Below the pieces are notes generated by a model. The model was given only the letters and a program-made list of their open reading frames with translations. It did no database searches and was not told the DNA's origin. This document shows positions 1-10,350 of a stretch of 32,503 bases of DNA, in pieces. Each line of letters begins with the position of its first letter. Position 1 is the stretch's first letter. A program made the position numbers and the translations under genes. Source of the stretch: a virus (taxonomy: Duplodnaviria > Caudoviricetes). The DNA is taken from IMG/VR virus record IMGVR_UViG_3300032250_000069, positions 1 to 32,503 of that record. One strand, given 5' to 3'.

Positions 1-1
1 A

Positions 2-1444
2 CCTACAGGTACGTTACCAGATAGAGTCAAAGCTAAACCGGGCACTACTATTCCGGCTAAAACATATAGTGGTGAGCTAGTAGAAAATGGCATAACGGCG
101 ACACTTGGGGATTCATATCTTCTTCCAACTAACCCGGGTAATATTTTACCTAAGGGCGAATTGATGCCTACAGCCCAACAGCAGACAGCTCAACAGCAGA
201 CAGCACAGAACATTAACCCGTTTGCGGCTGCACAACGAAAAGTCGAAAGTGGTAATAACGCTACCGCAGTAAGCCCTAAGGGTGCTACCGGTATTATGCA
301 GGTTATGCCTGACACTGCTATGGACCCCGGCTTTGGTGTGCCGAACATCTTTGATTTTGCTGCTGGCATGGGCTACACAGTTAAAGGTCGTACCGCAAAA
401 GAAGCTAAGGCTTTGCTAAATAACCCAGAAATTGGTGGTGCGTTTGGTGATATGTATATGAACGCAATGATTCAAAACTACGGTGGTAACACTACCTACG
501 CCTTGGCTGCATACAACATGGGTCCAAAAGCTACTGACAAGTGGATTGCTGCTGGTGCTGACATTAATAAATTACCTAAAGAAACACGGGATTATATACC
601 TAGAGTAGAAGCTGCGTTCGGTAAGCAAACACAACCATCTGTTATTAAAGATGTCCCAATCACAGCTGATGGTACGATTGTTAAAACTGCTGATGCAAAA
701 CCACCAACTATAGCACAGCAAAAGAAAGTGACTGACTTCTATTTATCAAATCCTAATGCAGTTAGTGGCGATATGCAACGTGCCTTGCGTCAACGTGACC
801 AATTAGTACAACTTGCAGGTATGTATCAACGAGCAGGCATTGGTGATAAATTTGTAGAGTTAAGTACAAAGATTACGGAGCTTGACGAAGGTATGTATTA
901 CCTCCAAGGTATGGATGGTTTGCAACAGTTATCGTACTTTAATAACCCGCTCAAATTAAATGCTGTAGTAAGTCATTTTGCTGGTGGTCCTATTGAATTT
1001 GTACCACGTACTGATGGACTCTACGATATGATGTCTGGACAGAATATGATACGGGAAGGTATAACTGTGGCAGATGTCGGAGTTATTGCTAGAAGCGCAT
1101 TTGATAAAGGATTTGTACAGCAGACTACAGCCATGAACGCCAAGGTTGAGGAGAAACGACTTGAGTCAATGATTAAACGTGAAGAAGACGTATCCAAAAT
1201 AATGGCTGAAACTATTAAGGATTCTATTATCAAGAATATCGAGGGCGGGTATAATTTACGGCAGGAAGTACTTAAAACTCCTGACTACGAAGCTAAACCT
1301 TACGGCGACCAACAGCATATTATAATCACTCCGCGTGTAGGTAGACCGTATCTACTTAATATTGAGGGAGTAACTCAAGAGGTTGATGGTATTAAGGTGA
1401 AAGACTACACAGCATCAAGTATACTTGGCTTACCAACCAGATAA
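2..1444 (+). CDS. Virion-associated lytic transglycosylase (SLT domain) / internal virion protein, 5'-truncated
   Basis: SLT motifs ESGNNATAVSPKGATGIMQVMPDTA and ALAAYNMGP. The frame is open from base 2 (PTGTLPDRVKAK...), so the real start lies upstream of the window rather than at 161. Confidence 0.85.
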   Translation, partial: PTGTLPDRVKAKPGTTIPAKTYSGELVENGITATLGDSYLLPTNPGNILPKGELMPTAQQQTAQQQTAQNINPFAAAQRKVESGNNATAVSPKGATGIMQVMPDTAMDPGFGVPNIFDFAAGMGYTVKGRTAKEAKALLNNPEIGGAFGDMYMNAMIQNYGGNTTYALAAYNMGPKATDKWIAAGADINKLPKETRDYIPRVEAAFGKQTQPSVIKDVPITADGTIVKTADAKPPTIAQQKKVTDFYLSNPNAVSGDMQRALRQRDQLVQLAGMYQRAGIGDKFVELSTKITELDEGMYYLQGMDGLQQLSYFNNPLKLNAVVSHFAGGPIEFVPRTDGLYDMMSGQNMIREGITVADVGVIARSAFDKGFVQQTTAMNAKVEEKRLESMIKREEDVSKIMAETIKDSIIKNIEGGYNLRQEVLKTPDYEAKPYGDQQHIIITPRVGRPYLLNIEGVTQEVDGIKVKDYTASSILGLPTR

Positions 1445-1461
1445 TATGTTAGGATAGGATT

Positions 1462-4400
1462 ATGGCTCTACTAGGTGCGTCATTCGCAAACCCATATTTA
1501 ATTGATGCAAAGGTAGGGGTTACAGCAAACCCATACGAAACAGCAACCCCTGCAACTGGTATCGGTTCCGGGGGTTTATCCCCATCTATGGCTGACTTTG
1601 CAGCGTTAGGTGAAAGCCTAATAAAACCATCGCAGTTCACTATGCCTGAAATGAAACAGGTTGACAAAGTATGGCTCAACCCAACATCTAAACAAGTATA
1701 CGTAAATGGTTTGACCTTTGATGCAGATGACGCATCTTCGGCTTTGCAATCAGAACAGTATCTAGCTGGTCCAGCTCAGGGTGCACCTGAGGGTGCTGGT
1801 TGGACTCCAATAAGTGAGTCATCATATGGTCAGTACCTAAACTCTATCCGTAATCCAAGTCTAGGGCGACTAGCCTCTAAGAACTTTGGTATTGGTGTCG
1901 ATAATATGCAGCTGCTTGCAGGCAGAGGTCTGCAACTATTAGGTGCTGAACAAACTGGACAAGCAATAGTTGACCAACAAGCTCGTGATATACAGAAGTC
2001 TGCACCGTTTGTCCGTGAGTTTTCTAACATTGACTCAGGTGGTGATGCTGTCGATTGGTTCGTGGCTAACTTAGCCCAACAGGGTCCTAACTTACTTGAG
2101 TCAATAGCTGTTGGTGTCGCTGGCTTTGGTGCTGGTACTGCGGTGGGTGGTCCTCTTGCTGGTCTGTCTGCTGGTGTCGCTGGGATATTAGGTAAGGCTG
2201 CAACCAAACAAGCTATTCTGGCTGCGGCTAAGAAGAAGGCTGCGGGCGAAGCTCTTAATGCTGCTGAAAATAAAATACTACGTACTGCTGCCGGTACTGC
2301 TGGTGCTGTAGCTGCGTCTTATGGTAGTAATATTGCCACTGGTGCTGCTGATATTTATGGTGAGATGCGTGAGCAGGGTGTAACTGCTGATGATGATGGT
2401 GCTAGACTCTCGGCACTTGCTGGGTCTCTTCCATACGCTGCACTTGAATCCTTATCTGAATTTGTATTGGCATCTCGACTCTTTGGTGGTATTAAAGGAA
2501 CAGGTAGAGACCTAGCTTCTATCAAAGGTAAAACAGCATTAGGTACAGGTGTTAAACGCTCTGGTGAATTACTAAAACGCTTCGGTGTTGGTGCTGCTGT
2601 TGGCGGTACACTTGAAGGTACGACTGAAGCTGGTCAAGAAGGTATTGTACTTGGATTGTCGGGTCAAGATTTAACAAGTCCAGAATCCCAAAAACGATTC
2701 CTAGAATCCTTTGCAGCTGGCTTTGGTGTTGGTGGTACATTGGGAGGTATAGCTAACCTACGTAGAGGTAAAACACCAGTAGGCGACACGCCTATTAACT
2801 TACTGAACCGAGAGCAACCAGCAGAATTAAGTACAGCTCTTACTGTTGTACCTCAATCAGAAACAGGTGTACCCACTGGTAATGTCACTACTGGTGGTAT
2901 GATGGGTCGCCCAGAATTTATTACTGGTCCTGATGGAACAACTAGAGCTTCACGCCCAAGCGATACAATCTATGTAGGCGGAGCCGCACCGGGTCAATTC
3001 GGACAACAAGGTGTATTAGATATATTCGGACCTGAAGGTGCAACTGTTGCAGAATTGCAACAGCGCAGTACGCTTGAGAACCCGATTGGTATTCCATACT
3101 TAGGTGAACAGCCAGCTAATATTCCGGGCCAAGGTCAGTTACAGTTTTCAGCTCCGGCTCCTGCGCCTACCCCAGTAAATACACCAGCTACACAAATGCA
3201 ACAGGCAATGCAACAAGCTGAGATTGCTAGGGCAATCGAACAGCAACAACTTCTACAAGAGCAACAACGTCAAGCAGACCTTGACCGCCTAAGTATTGTA
3301 GCTAGTAACCAACGTCAGTTAGATTTAATACAGCCTGAGCTTGCACCTGCACCTGCACCTTCATTACCTATGCGTCAAACTCGTGCACCAGACCCACAAC
3401 AGCTACAATTATTTGGTCGTGGTCAAGCACCGAAGCCTTCAATGCGTGAGCGTGTTCGCCTTGGTATTCCTGCACCTCAACAAGAAGCACCTATTACATC
3501 GGCACCTAAAGTTGATTTACGTAGGGGTAAACAGACGTCATTATTCACCCAAGAGGGTGAGCCGACCATAGCTGCTTTGCGTTCTGCTGGTGCTAAGAGT
3601 CCAGTCCGTAGTATCCCAGAGGTAGGTGGCAGTCAGATACCACCAACAGGACAAACAGTTACACCTACTACTATTGCAGCTGCGGTTGCCAAGAAGGGTA
3701 CAGCTGCTAAACTTAAGGCAAAGGAAAAGAAAAATGCCGTTCAAGAGCCAAGCACAACGCAAGTGGATGTACGCAAACAATCCGGAACTAGCGAAGGAGT
3801 ACGAAAGCAAGACGCCAAGCTCCGCAAAACTACCGGAGAGGGCAAAAAAACCACGCAAGAAGAGCAAGGAACAAGTGTACAAGATGTAACCTCCGCAGTA
3901 CCAGAACAAGTCACCACTTGGGACAGACAAAATAGAAGTGGTCGTAATGAAGAATGGCAAGCTGGTGCTGCCGAATCGAACCCCGCATTTAGAGCAGTTG
4001 ATGCTGACTTTATTCCAGCCCATGGTATGGCTAAAGTATCTACCTTAACCCAAGCATATAACGATTTAGTAAATCTATTAACCAATGGTATTGACCCTAA
4101 TAGAACATTATTTACGGCAGGGTTAACTGCTCAAGCAGGGGTTGGAGCGGCAACGGGTACAGCAGGTGGATACGCTTATAGAGATGGACCGTTTATACTT
4201 ACGTTTAGACAAGGAACAAAAGGACAACCAACGCTAGCTGACCTCATCGGAGTCTTAGTAAACCCAGCGAACTCAGAATTAGTATCAATACTTCAGGAGC
4301 AATTCCCTAATATAATGGTTCGGGATTATAATAATGTTGCTGATATTGTAGATAATTCAAAGCTGCCAACACCACCAACAACACCTAAACCTACAGGTAA

Positions 4401-7400
4401 AGATGTTCTAAAGAAAAAGACTACAGTTGAAACAACTAAGGCTACAGGTAAAGATACCTTAAAGCGAAAGCCTAAGATTGTAAATGTTCGCCGTGTTACT
4501 GGCGGTAATGTAGCACCTGAAAAGGTTCGTGACATTGGTTTCCACTTTGGTACAGCGACACAAGTAGCTGACATAAAGAAGTCAATAACTAATCCACGTG
4601 AAGTACAAGTAGATATTGATACTAGCAATTTACTTAGATTATCTGAGCCTGAGTTCGGTGGATGGGCTAACCCTGTATCTGTATTAGCTGTACTGGATGC
4701 CGCTAATATTACTGTACCTGATGCAGTACGTAACTTTGTAAACGGTATAGCTGTATCTGATAAACCAATTATGCGAGGTAAGGAAATACCTACAGCGCAA
4801 CGAGCTGCGTTAGATGCACTTGCTAAAGCGGTGGAATCTAAAGGCTACGCTGGTATTGTTTACGAGAATAAGTTTGAAGGTAATAAGACTGAAGATAGTT
4901 ATATCCTATTTAATATGCCTAGCGATACTAAGCCAGTAGCTCAGGTTTCAGTATCGGAAGTACCAAAGACAGGACTGGCAGCGTTAGTAGCTCAGGTTAC
5001 AGCTCCGCCACAGCCGAAAGAAAAGAAGTCAGGTGAAGTATCTGAAACAACTCTAGATTCCCAGCAAATACTTGAGGATGCCATTGAGACAGTAGAAACT
5101 ACTAAGTCGGCAGTGAGGTACGCAGATGCTATGCGTGAAATTGTTGACGTGTATGTAACCGAAACAAATCAAGCGACCAAGTTGTTCAAGACAGCCAATG
5201 AGTTCCTGTTCGGTACAGAGTCTATTCCCGTAACTGAGTTTGTTAAAGCCCTACAATCATTTGCACTTACGATGCCTAGAATCAACCCACGCTCGCGCTT
5301 GTACAAGTTGCTTAACGATTACAATTTGTTGGATGACTCAGCAATTAAATTACGTGTATCTACTAAGAAGGATGAGGAAGATGTTACCACAGGTGCGAAG
5401 GTAGATGAAACACCTGAGGAAATTGACCGTGTAGCTGTGCAGTTAGCAAACCTAATTAACAATCGTGACGGTGAGTTTGACCGTAAAGCTTTAGCCCGTA
5501 AAGCGGAAGCCTTATACAAACAAGTTGAGGATACATCATTTGCTGTTGGTTCTCGTGGGTCTATCGAAGATTTCTTTAATAACGGTAAGCCAATCGTGGT
5601 ACAGAAACCGGGTACTAACTTCTATGTATTGTCTAGCGTTGAAGAAGCTAAACTATCACGCGAAGAATTTGCTAAGGCTCATGCAGCTGCCCGTAAAGAG
5701 CTCCGTGATTTAGAGCTTGAAGCCGCCGAAGAAGACCAACGAACTGCGCTTGAGTTAAAGTTCCAACAGGAATCCGGAATCCGTGAGGATGACAACATGC
5801 TAGGTGGATTAGCCAACTACTACCGTGCTGATGAGAAACCAAGTCAGCCGATGAAGGCAGGGGCACTACGCTTGTTAGCTAACAAGTTTATATCCAAGCT
5901 ATCACGTAAACCAAAGTTACATGTGTTCCAGAATCTGGAAGATATGCGTAGAACAAATCCCAAGTTGTTTAGAGAAGCTGCTGCTGCGCGTCAGGCTGGT
6001 GACTTTGAAGCAGTTAACGCTGCTGGTATGGCATGGGGTAACACTGTCGTCTTATTCGCTGACAATATTAACGGTGAGCAACACGCTAACTTTGTAATGG
6101 CTCATGAGATTCTGGGTCACGTAGGTTTCCGTGGTCTATTCAGTGACACAGAGCTGAACAAAATCTTACAGACAATCGCAGACTCAGACATACAAGTTAA
6201 CAACGCAGCTACAATTTTATCTGAAGCTCAAAATATTCCATTCCTAGAAGCAGTAGAAGAAGTTCTATCTGACCGAGCAGCTGCTATCGACTCATCTACC
6301 ATGATGAGATTCTGGACATGGATGAAAAACCAACTGAACAAACTAGGATTTAAGTTTAATGATGACGCAGCAAGGTACTTAGTCAGTCTATCACGCAAGT
6401 ATGTGCGTCAAGGTGTGGGTCGCAGTGAGGTCAACGTAAAAACTCTCTTGCAGGAAGCGGCTACAATGCGAGAACTCGAGCGGTCTGATGTTGAGGTATT
6501 AAGGTTTGCCCAACTCGCGCCACAGGGCCAGCAAACAGCAGCCATGAACGCCATGAACCAAAACGTAACTTCGACAGGTGGTTTAGAAGGTATTTTAAAC
6601 TGGTTAAACAATAGCGATACAAAAACTGCTGACTTGCGCCGTAAATATGATGGCACAAAAATAAATACCAAAGATACTATGAAGAATTTCTTTGGGTTAC
6701 TACGCACTCAAGATGATATGGCTCGTGATAGTAAAGGTTCGGCACTTATATTTGGTCTTACTCAGCGTAAAGGTGAGATGCAACAGAAACTAAAAACCAA
6801 ATATGCAAAACTTACACAGCTTGCACACGAAGCTAAGTTCATGATGTTCGGTACAGGACCTGAGCCATTGGAATCACAACAGGCTGGACAGTTACTAGCC
6901 CTTGGTTCTTTAGCTAAAGCCAACCAGTTCACAGACTCACAACTTCAAGATAGATTTGAAGCACCGATTGCATACTCTACAGACCTAGGGCAGATTATTA
7001 TAAACTCAGATGCGTTTGAGTCGCTATCCAAGGCAGGTACTATGACTGTCGAAGATTTCAAAAAAGGTTTCGATGTACAGCTAGGCTTTACAGAGAAGCC
7101 TATGACACCAGAACATAAGACAAAATTAGAAACTGACCGTGACCAAGAAGTTGCTTTGATAGAAGCCCGTAAGAAGCGTGACCTCGAACGTATCCAACGT
7201 AAGATTGCTGATACTACTGATACAAAAATAAAAACATCACTACAAGATACATACAATAAAGCCGAAGATAAGTTTGATGCTATGCTCCGTAGTACTAAGG
7301 CGAACTATAAAACTCAGATTGATAGTCCTACATATAACGCCCCTAACTACGTTAACACTAAAGACATGGCAGAGTACGCATGGACTAAAGATATGACCAA

Positions 7401-10350
7401 GGACAGCATCCAGTACAAAATGTACTTGCAGTTCCGTGAAGCTATCAATGAGAGCCAGATGGATGTGCTCACTGCTAAATATGCTGGTGCTATGTACGAG
7501 CAAGAAAGTATACTTAATCGTGGTATTGACCGAGCATTTACTAAATCCCTAACGGAAGCTGAACGCCGCCTAGTTACTGCTGTGTCGGATGAGTATGACC
7601 GTATTGCTTTGAAAGATTCATCATACGAGAACAACCGATTCAAAATTAATGAGGTGTCTCAAGCTGATGCCGTAGATTTTGTTGAGAAACGTTTCGCTCG
7701 TTCATTTTATAACGACAATGCGCTTAATGATTTTGCATCTACATTGCCGAACTACACGCCTGACGAAGTCAAAGCACTGGTTAATAGTATGCGTAGAAAA
7801 TTACGTGTCAAGATAAACCCTACTGAAGACCCTGCTAGTAAGTCATCCATCTGGGACTTGGCATACTCTATGGAAGAACGTAGCACGTTTACTATCTCAT
7901 TAAACGATGACTCCCTGTATGCCAAACGAAGTATTGCTGGTGGCTATGCCCCCCTATCTCGCCGAGGTAAATTCCAAGTTCGTGTGCAAGCATACACCAT
8001 CGACTCGAATGGTAATGAGGAACCAGTCAAGCTACATCAAGGTCAGCAAGACTCACTACCACTATTCATGACTGAGAAAAAAGACGAGTCCATTGGATAC
8101 GCAGAAGAATTAAACGGGCTACTTACAGGTCAGTACTCTATGCGTGATGCCAACAACCGTGTATCTCCAGTGTACTTGAAAGCACTTGTCAGTGATGTGG
8201 AAACTACCCCTGCACTCGTAGACATCATGCACTATGATGATGTTATGTATGCTCTAAGTCGTTTGGGTGTGCAGATGCCAGTGGCTGACCGTGAGATTCT
8301 GATTAAGAAAGTAACTGCACAGAACTCAAGAGCACGTTCAAACTTACAGCGTGGTGGTGTACCGGGTTGGGATAAAGATGTTGTACGTAGTTCATCTGCG
8401 TTCCTTGAGCAGCAGGCTTATGTTGCAGCTAACAAAACATTCCGCCATCAATTCGATGGTGTACTAGAAAATAACCGTAACTGGTTTGGTGACCGTGACA
8501 AACTGGCAGAACTCAAAGCAAAATGGGAAGCTGCTACAGGCCCAGCTAAAGAACTAGCTGCACGTGAGTACTACCAAGAGAAATACTACTTCGGTAAAGC
8601 CAATGAGAAGGTCGGTGACACTAACGTATTACGTGCCAACTTCTATAAAGAACGTGCTAAGTCACAGCTAGATTGGCAAGACTCTACTGGTGATGTTGTG
8701 TTTGCTGATGACTTCTGGAACAACAATCAGTTCTCACTGAGCGCACGTACTTGGGCAGCGGTATCACAACTCGGTGGTTCTATTGCCACTGGTATTACTC
8801 AGATGCTATCACTACCAACCAACTCATGGGCGTATCTATCTGGATACAACCCTGAGAATAACTTCGGTCTTGGTCTTGGTGCTGGTCGTGCTGGTGCTTT
8901 ACTTACCAAGTTCGCAGTATCTGCGGCTAATCCGAAGTACATCAGTATAGATTTCTTAGATGCACAACTTGCAGAACTCGCACGTACTGGAGCCAATGAA
9001 AGTAAAGACGGTCTTACAGCCAACGAGTTACGATTCCTAAAAGATTTAACCGAAGAACAACGCCTTGATGCAGCACAGTTTAATGCACTGACTGGCACAG
9101 TCCGTGGGCGTAAAAGCCTTATGGGTAACCCAACCTTCCAGAAGTTTGTTCAGACATGGATGTTCCCATTCAGTTACTCGGAACAGTTTAACCGCCGTGT
9201 TACCGTACTGGCTGCATACCGTGGTGAGTATGAACGTCAGATTGCTGCTGGTAAAGATATTGAAGAGGCTGACATAAATGCACGTAACGCAGCAGATAAA
9301 GCTCTTGATGCTACGCAAGGTGACTACTCACAATACAACCGCCCAGCGTTCTTCCGTGGTGGTCTAATGTCATTTGTCTATATGTACAAGCAGTATCCAA
9401 TTATCATGTTGCAACTATTCAAGAACATGGACCGTAAAGGGCAAATCATTATGCTTGGGTCTCTGATACTACTGTCTGGTTTACGTGGTCTGCCGGGTGC
9501 TGATGACATACTTGATATGATTGATGGGTTGATGCAACGCTTAGGATTACAGTTTGCCTCAGTAGAGAAAGAGTTTACTAGACTTACACGAGATGCGCTT
9601 GGTCCAGAGTTAGGTGCCGCGCTTACCCCAGTCATGATGCGTGGTCTACTGGATGCAACCACTGGCTGGTCATTCTCAAACCACTTAGGTCTGGGTGATA
9701 TAGTTCCGGGAACTGCATTGTTTAAACCATCTGCTTCTGCACAAGAGAAGCTACGTGAAGTCGAGAACTTAGCGGGTGCACCTACATCATTTATGCTTGG
9801 TGTGTTTGACTGGGCATCTGGTACTGTACCAGCAGTGATTACAGGTAGGCAACCACTCAGCAAGATACTTACAGATGCACCAGTTAGAGCATTGAAGAAC
9901 GCCTCTGAAGCGTGGAAGTACGCTAGTACAGGTGCAATCCTAGATAGCAAAGGCTATGTGGTGTCCCAAGATGCTGCGGCATGGGAGATTCTAGGTAAGG
10001 CAATAGGCTTCTACCCAAGTCGTGCACAGGTACAAATGGATTGGATGATGGCTGATGACCAAGAAGAAAGATACGGTCAGATGATTAGAAGTGAAGCTAT
10101 CCGCGAAGCAGTAGCAGCCAGATTAAATGGTGACAACGATAGACTTGCGAGCGTACAAGAATATGTTCGTGACTGGAACACCGATGTTAAAGGTACTCGT
10201 CTTGAGATTAGAAACTTTACCGGTGGTGTATCTAAAGCATACAGAGAAGCTGCGAAACCACTAGCAGCTAGGGCACTCAAGTCATCTGCTAGGTCAGGTA
10301 GACAAGAGGCCGAAGAACTTGCTGCTCTGTATGGGTTTGAAGTTCGCTAA
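1462..10350 (+). CDS. Giant (2962 aa) polyvalent internal virion / DNA-ejection protein with ART-like, zincin-like and PLxRFG-like regions
   Basis: SD (AGGA) before the ATG. Gly/Ala-rich hydrophobic N-terminus; HEILGHVG zincin-like motif (~6103); YAPLSRRGKF PLxRFG-like motif (~7945); SEQFNR and QGDYSQYNRP C-terminal motifs. Last gene of the virion module, next to the SLT gene. Confidence 0.8.
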   Translation: MALLGASFANPYLIDAKVGVTANPYETATPATGIGSGGLSPSMADFAALGESLIKPSQFTMPEMKQVDKVWLNPTSKQVYVNGLTFDADDASSALQSEQYLAGPAQGAPEGAGWTPISESSYGQYLNSIRNPSLGRLASKNFGIGVDNMQLLAGRGLQLLGAEQTGQAIVDQQARDIQKSAPFVREFSNIDSGGDAVDWFVANLAQQGPNLLESIAVGVAGFGAGTAVGGPLAGLSAGVAGILGKAATKQAILAAAKKKAAGEALNAAENKILRTAAGTAGAVAASYGSNIATGAADIYGEMREQGVTADDDGARLSALAGSLPYAALESLSEFVLASRLFGGIKGTGRDLASIKGKTALGTGVKRSGELLKRFGVGAAVGGTLEGTTEAGQEGIVLGLSGQDLTSPESQKRFLESFAAGFGVGGTLGGIANLRRGKTPVGDTPINLLNREQPAELSTALTVVPQSETGVPTGNVTTGGMMGRPEFITGPDGTTRASRPSDTIYVGGAAPGQFGQQGVLDIFGPEGATVAELQQRSTLENPIGIPYLGEQPANIPGQGQLQFSAPAPAPTPVNTPATQMQQAMQQAEIARAIEQQQLLQEQQRQADLDRLSIVASNQRQLDLIQPELAPAPAPSLPMRQTRAPDPQQLQLFGRGQAPKPSMRERVRLGIPAPQQEAPITSAPKVDLRRGKQTSLFTQEGEPTIAALRSAGAKSPVRSIPEVGGSQIPPTGQTVTPTTIAAAVAKKGTAAKLKAKEKKNAVQEPSTTQVDVRKQSGTSEGVRKQDAKLRKTTGEGKKTTQEEQGTSVQDVTSAVPEQVTTWDRQNRSGRNEEWQAGAAESNPAFRAVDADFIPAHGMAKVSTLTQAYNDLVNLLTNGIDPNRTLFTAGLTAQAGVGAATGTAGGYAYRDGPFILTFRQGTKGQPTLADLIGVLVNPANSELVSILQEQFPNIMVRDYNNVADIVDNSKLPTPPTTPKPTGKDVLKKKTTVETTKATGKDTLKRKPKIVNVRRVTGGNVAPEKVRDIGFHFGTATQVADIKKSITNPREVQVDIDTSNLLRLSEPEFGGWANPVSVLAVLDAANITVPDAVRNFVNGIAVSDKPIMRGKEIPTAQRAALDALAKAVESKGYAGIVYENKFEGNKTEDSYILFNMPSDTKPVAQVSVSEVPKTGLAALVAQVTAPPQPKEKKSGEVSETTLDSQQILEDAIETVETTKSAVRYADAMREIVDVYVTETNQATKLFKTANEFLFGTESIPVTEFVKALQSFALTMPRINPRSRLYKLLNDYNLLDDSAIKLRVSTKKDEEDVTTGAKVDETPEEIDRVAVQLANLINNRDGEFDRKALARKAEALYKQVEDTSFAVGSRGSIEDFFNNGKPIVVQKPGTNFYVLSSVEEAKLSREEFAKAHAAARKELRDLELEAAEEDQRTALELKFQQESGIREDDNMLGGLANYYRADEKPSQPMKAGALRLLANKFISKLSRKPKLHVFQNLEDMRRTNPKLFREAAAARQAGDFEAVNAAGMAWGNTVVLFADNINGEQHANFVMAHEILGHVGFRGLFSDTELNKILQTIADSDIQVNNAATILSEAQNIPFLEAVEEVLSDRAAAIDSSTMMRFWTWMKNQLNKLGFKFNDDAARYLVSLSRKYVRQGVGRSEVNVKTLLQEAATMRELERSDVEVLRFAQLAPQGQQTAAMNAMNQNVTSTGGLEGILNWLNNSDTKTADLRRKYDGTKINTKDTMKNFFGLLRTQDDMARDSKGSALIFGLTQRKGEMQQKLKTKYAKLTQLAHEAKFMMFGTGPEPLESQQAGQLLALGSLAKANQFTDSQLQDRFEAPIAYSTDLGQIIINSDAFESLSKAGTMTVEDFKKGFDVQLGFTEKPMTPEHKTKLETDRDQEVALIEARKKRDLERIQRKIADTTDTKIKTSLQDTYNKAEDKFDAMLRSTKANYKTQIDSPTYNAPNYVNTKDMAEYAWTKDMTKDSIQYKMYLQFREAINESQMDVLTAKYAGAMYEQESILNRGIDRAFTKSLTEAERRLVTAVSDEYDRIALKDSSYENNRFKINEVSQADAVDFVEKRFARSFYNDNALNDFASTLPNYTPDEVKALVNSMRRKLRVKINPTEDPASKSSIWDLAYSMEERSTFTISLNDDSLYAKRSIAGGYAPLSRRGKFQVRVQAYTIDSNGNEEPVKLHQGQQDSLPLFMTEKKDESIGYAEELNGLLTGQYSMRDANNRVSPVYLKALVSDVETTPALVDIMHYDDVMYALSRLGVQMPVADREILIKKVTAQNSRARSNLQRGGVPGWDKDVVRSSSAFLEQQAYVAANKTFRHQFDGVLENNRNWFGDRDKLAELKAKWEAATGPAKELAAREYYQEKYYFGKANEKVGDTNVLRANFYKERAKSQLDWQDSTGDVVFADDFWNNNQFSLSARTWAAVSQLGGSIATGITQMLSLPTNSWAYLSGYNPENNFGLGLGAGRAGALLTKFAVSAANPKYISIDFLDAQLAELARTGANESKDGLTANELRFLKDLTEEQRLDAAQFNALTGTVRGRKSLMGNPTFQKFVQTWMFPFSYSEQFNRRVTVLAAYRGEYERQIAAGKDIEEADINARNAADKALDATQGDYSQYNRPAFFRGGLMSFVYMYKQYPIIMLQLFKNMDRKGQIIMLGSLILLSGLRGLPGADDILDMIDGLMQRLGLQFASVEKEFTRLTRDALGPELGAALTPVMMRGLLDATTGWSFSNHLGLGDIVPGTALFKPSASAQEKLREVENLAGAPTSFMLGVFDWASGTVPAVITGRQPLSKILTDAPVRALKNASEAWKYASTGAILDSKGYVVSQDAAAWEILGKAIGFYPSRAQVQMDWMMADDQEERYGQMIRSEAIREAVAARLNGDNDRLASVQEYVRDWNTDVKGTRLEIRNFTGGVSKAYREAAKPLAARALKSSARSGRQEAEELAALYGFEVR
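3734..3889 (+). CDS. Nested +1-frame small basic protein (51 aa, MPFKSQAQRKWMYANNPELAKEYESKTP...)
   Basis: AAGGA at 3721-3725, 8 nt before the ATG at 3734. The sequence resembles small MPFKSxAQRxWMYAN proteins I recall from phages (not searched). Confidence 0.55.
   Translation: MPFKSQAQRKWMYANNPELAKEYESKTPSSAKLPERAKKPRKKSKEQVYKM

Noticed and set aside
170-210. 15-bp tandem repeat encoding TAQQQ
   Set aside because: Ordinary low-complexity linker expansion of about 2.5 copies.
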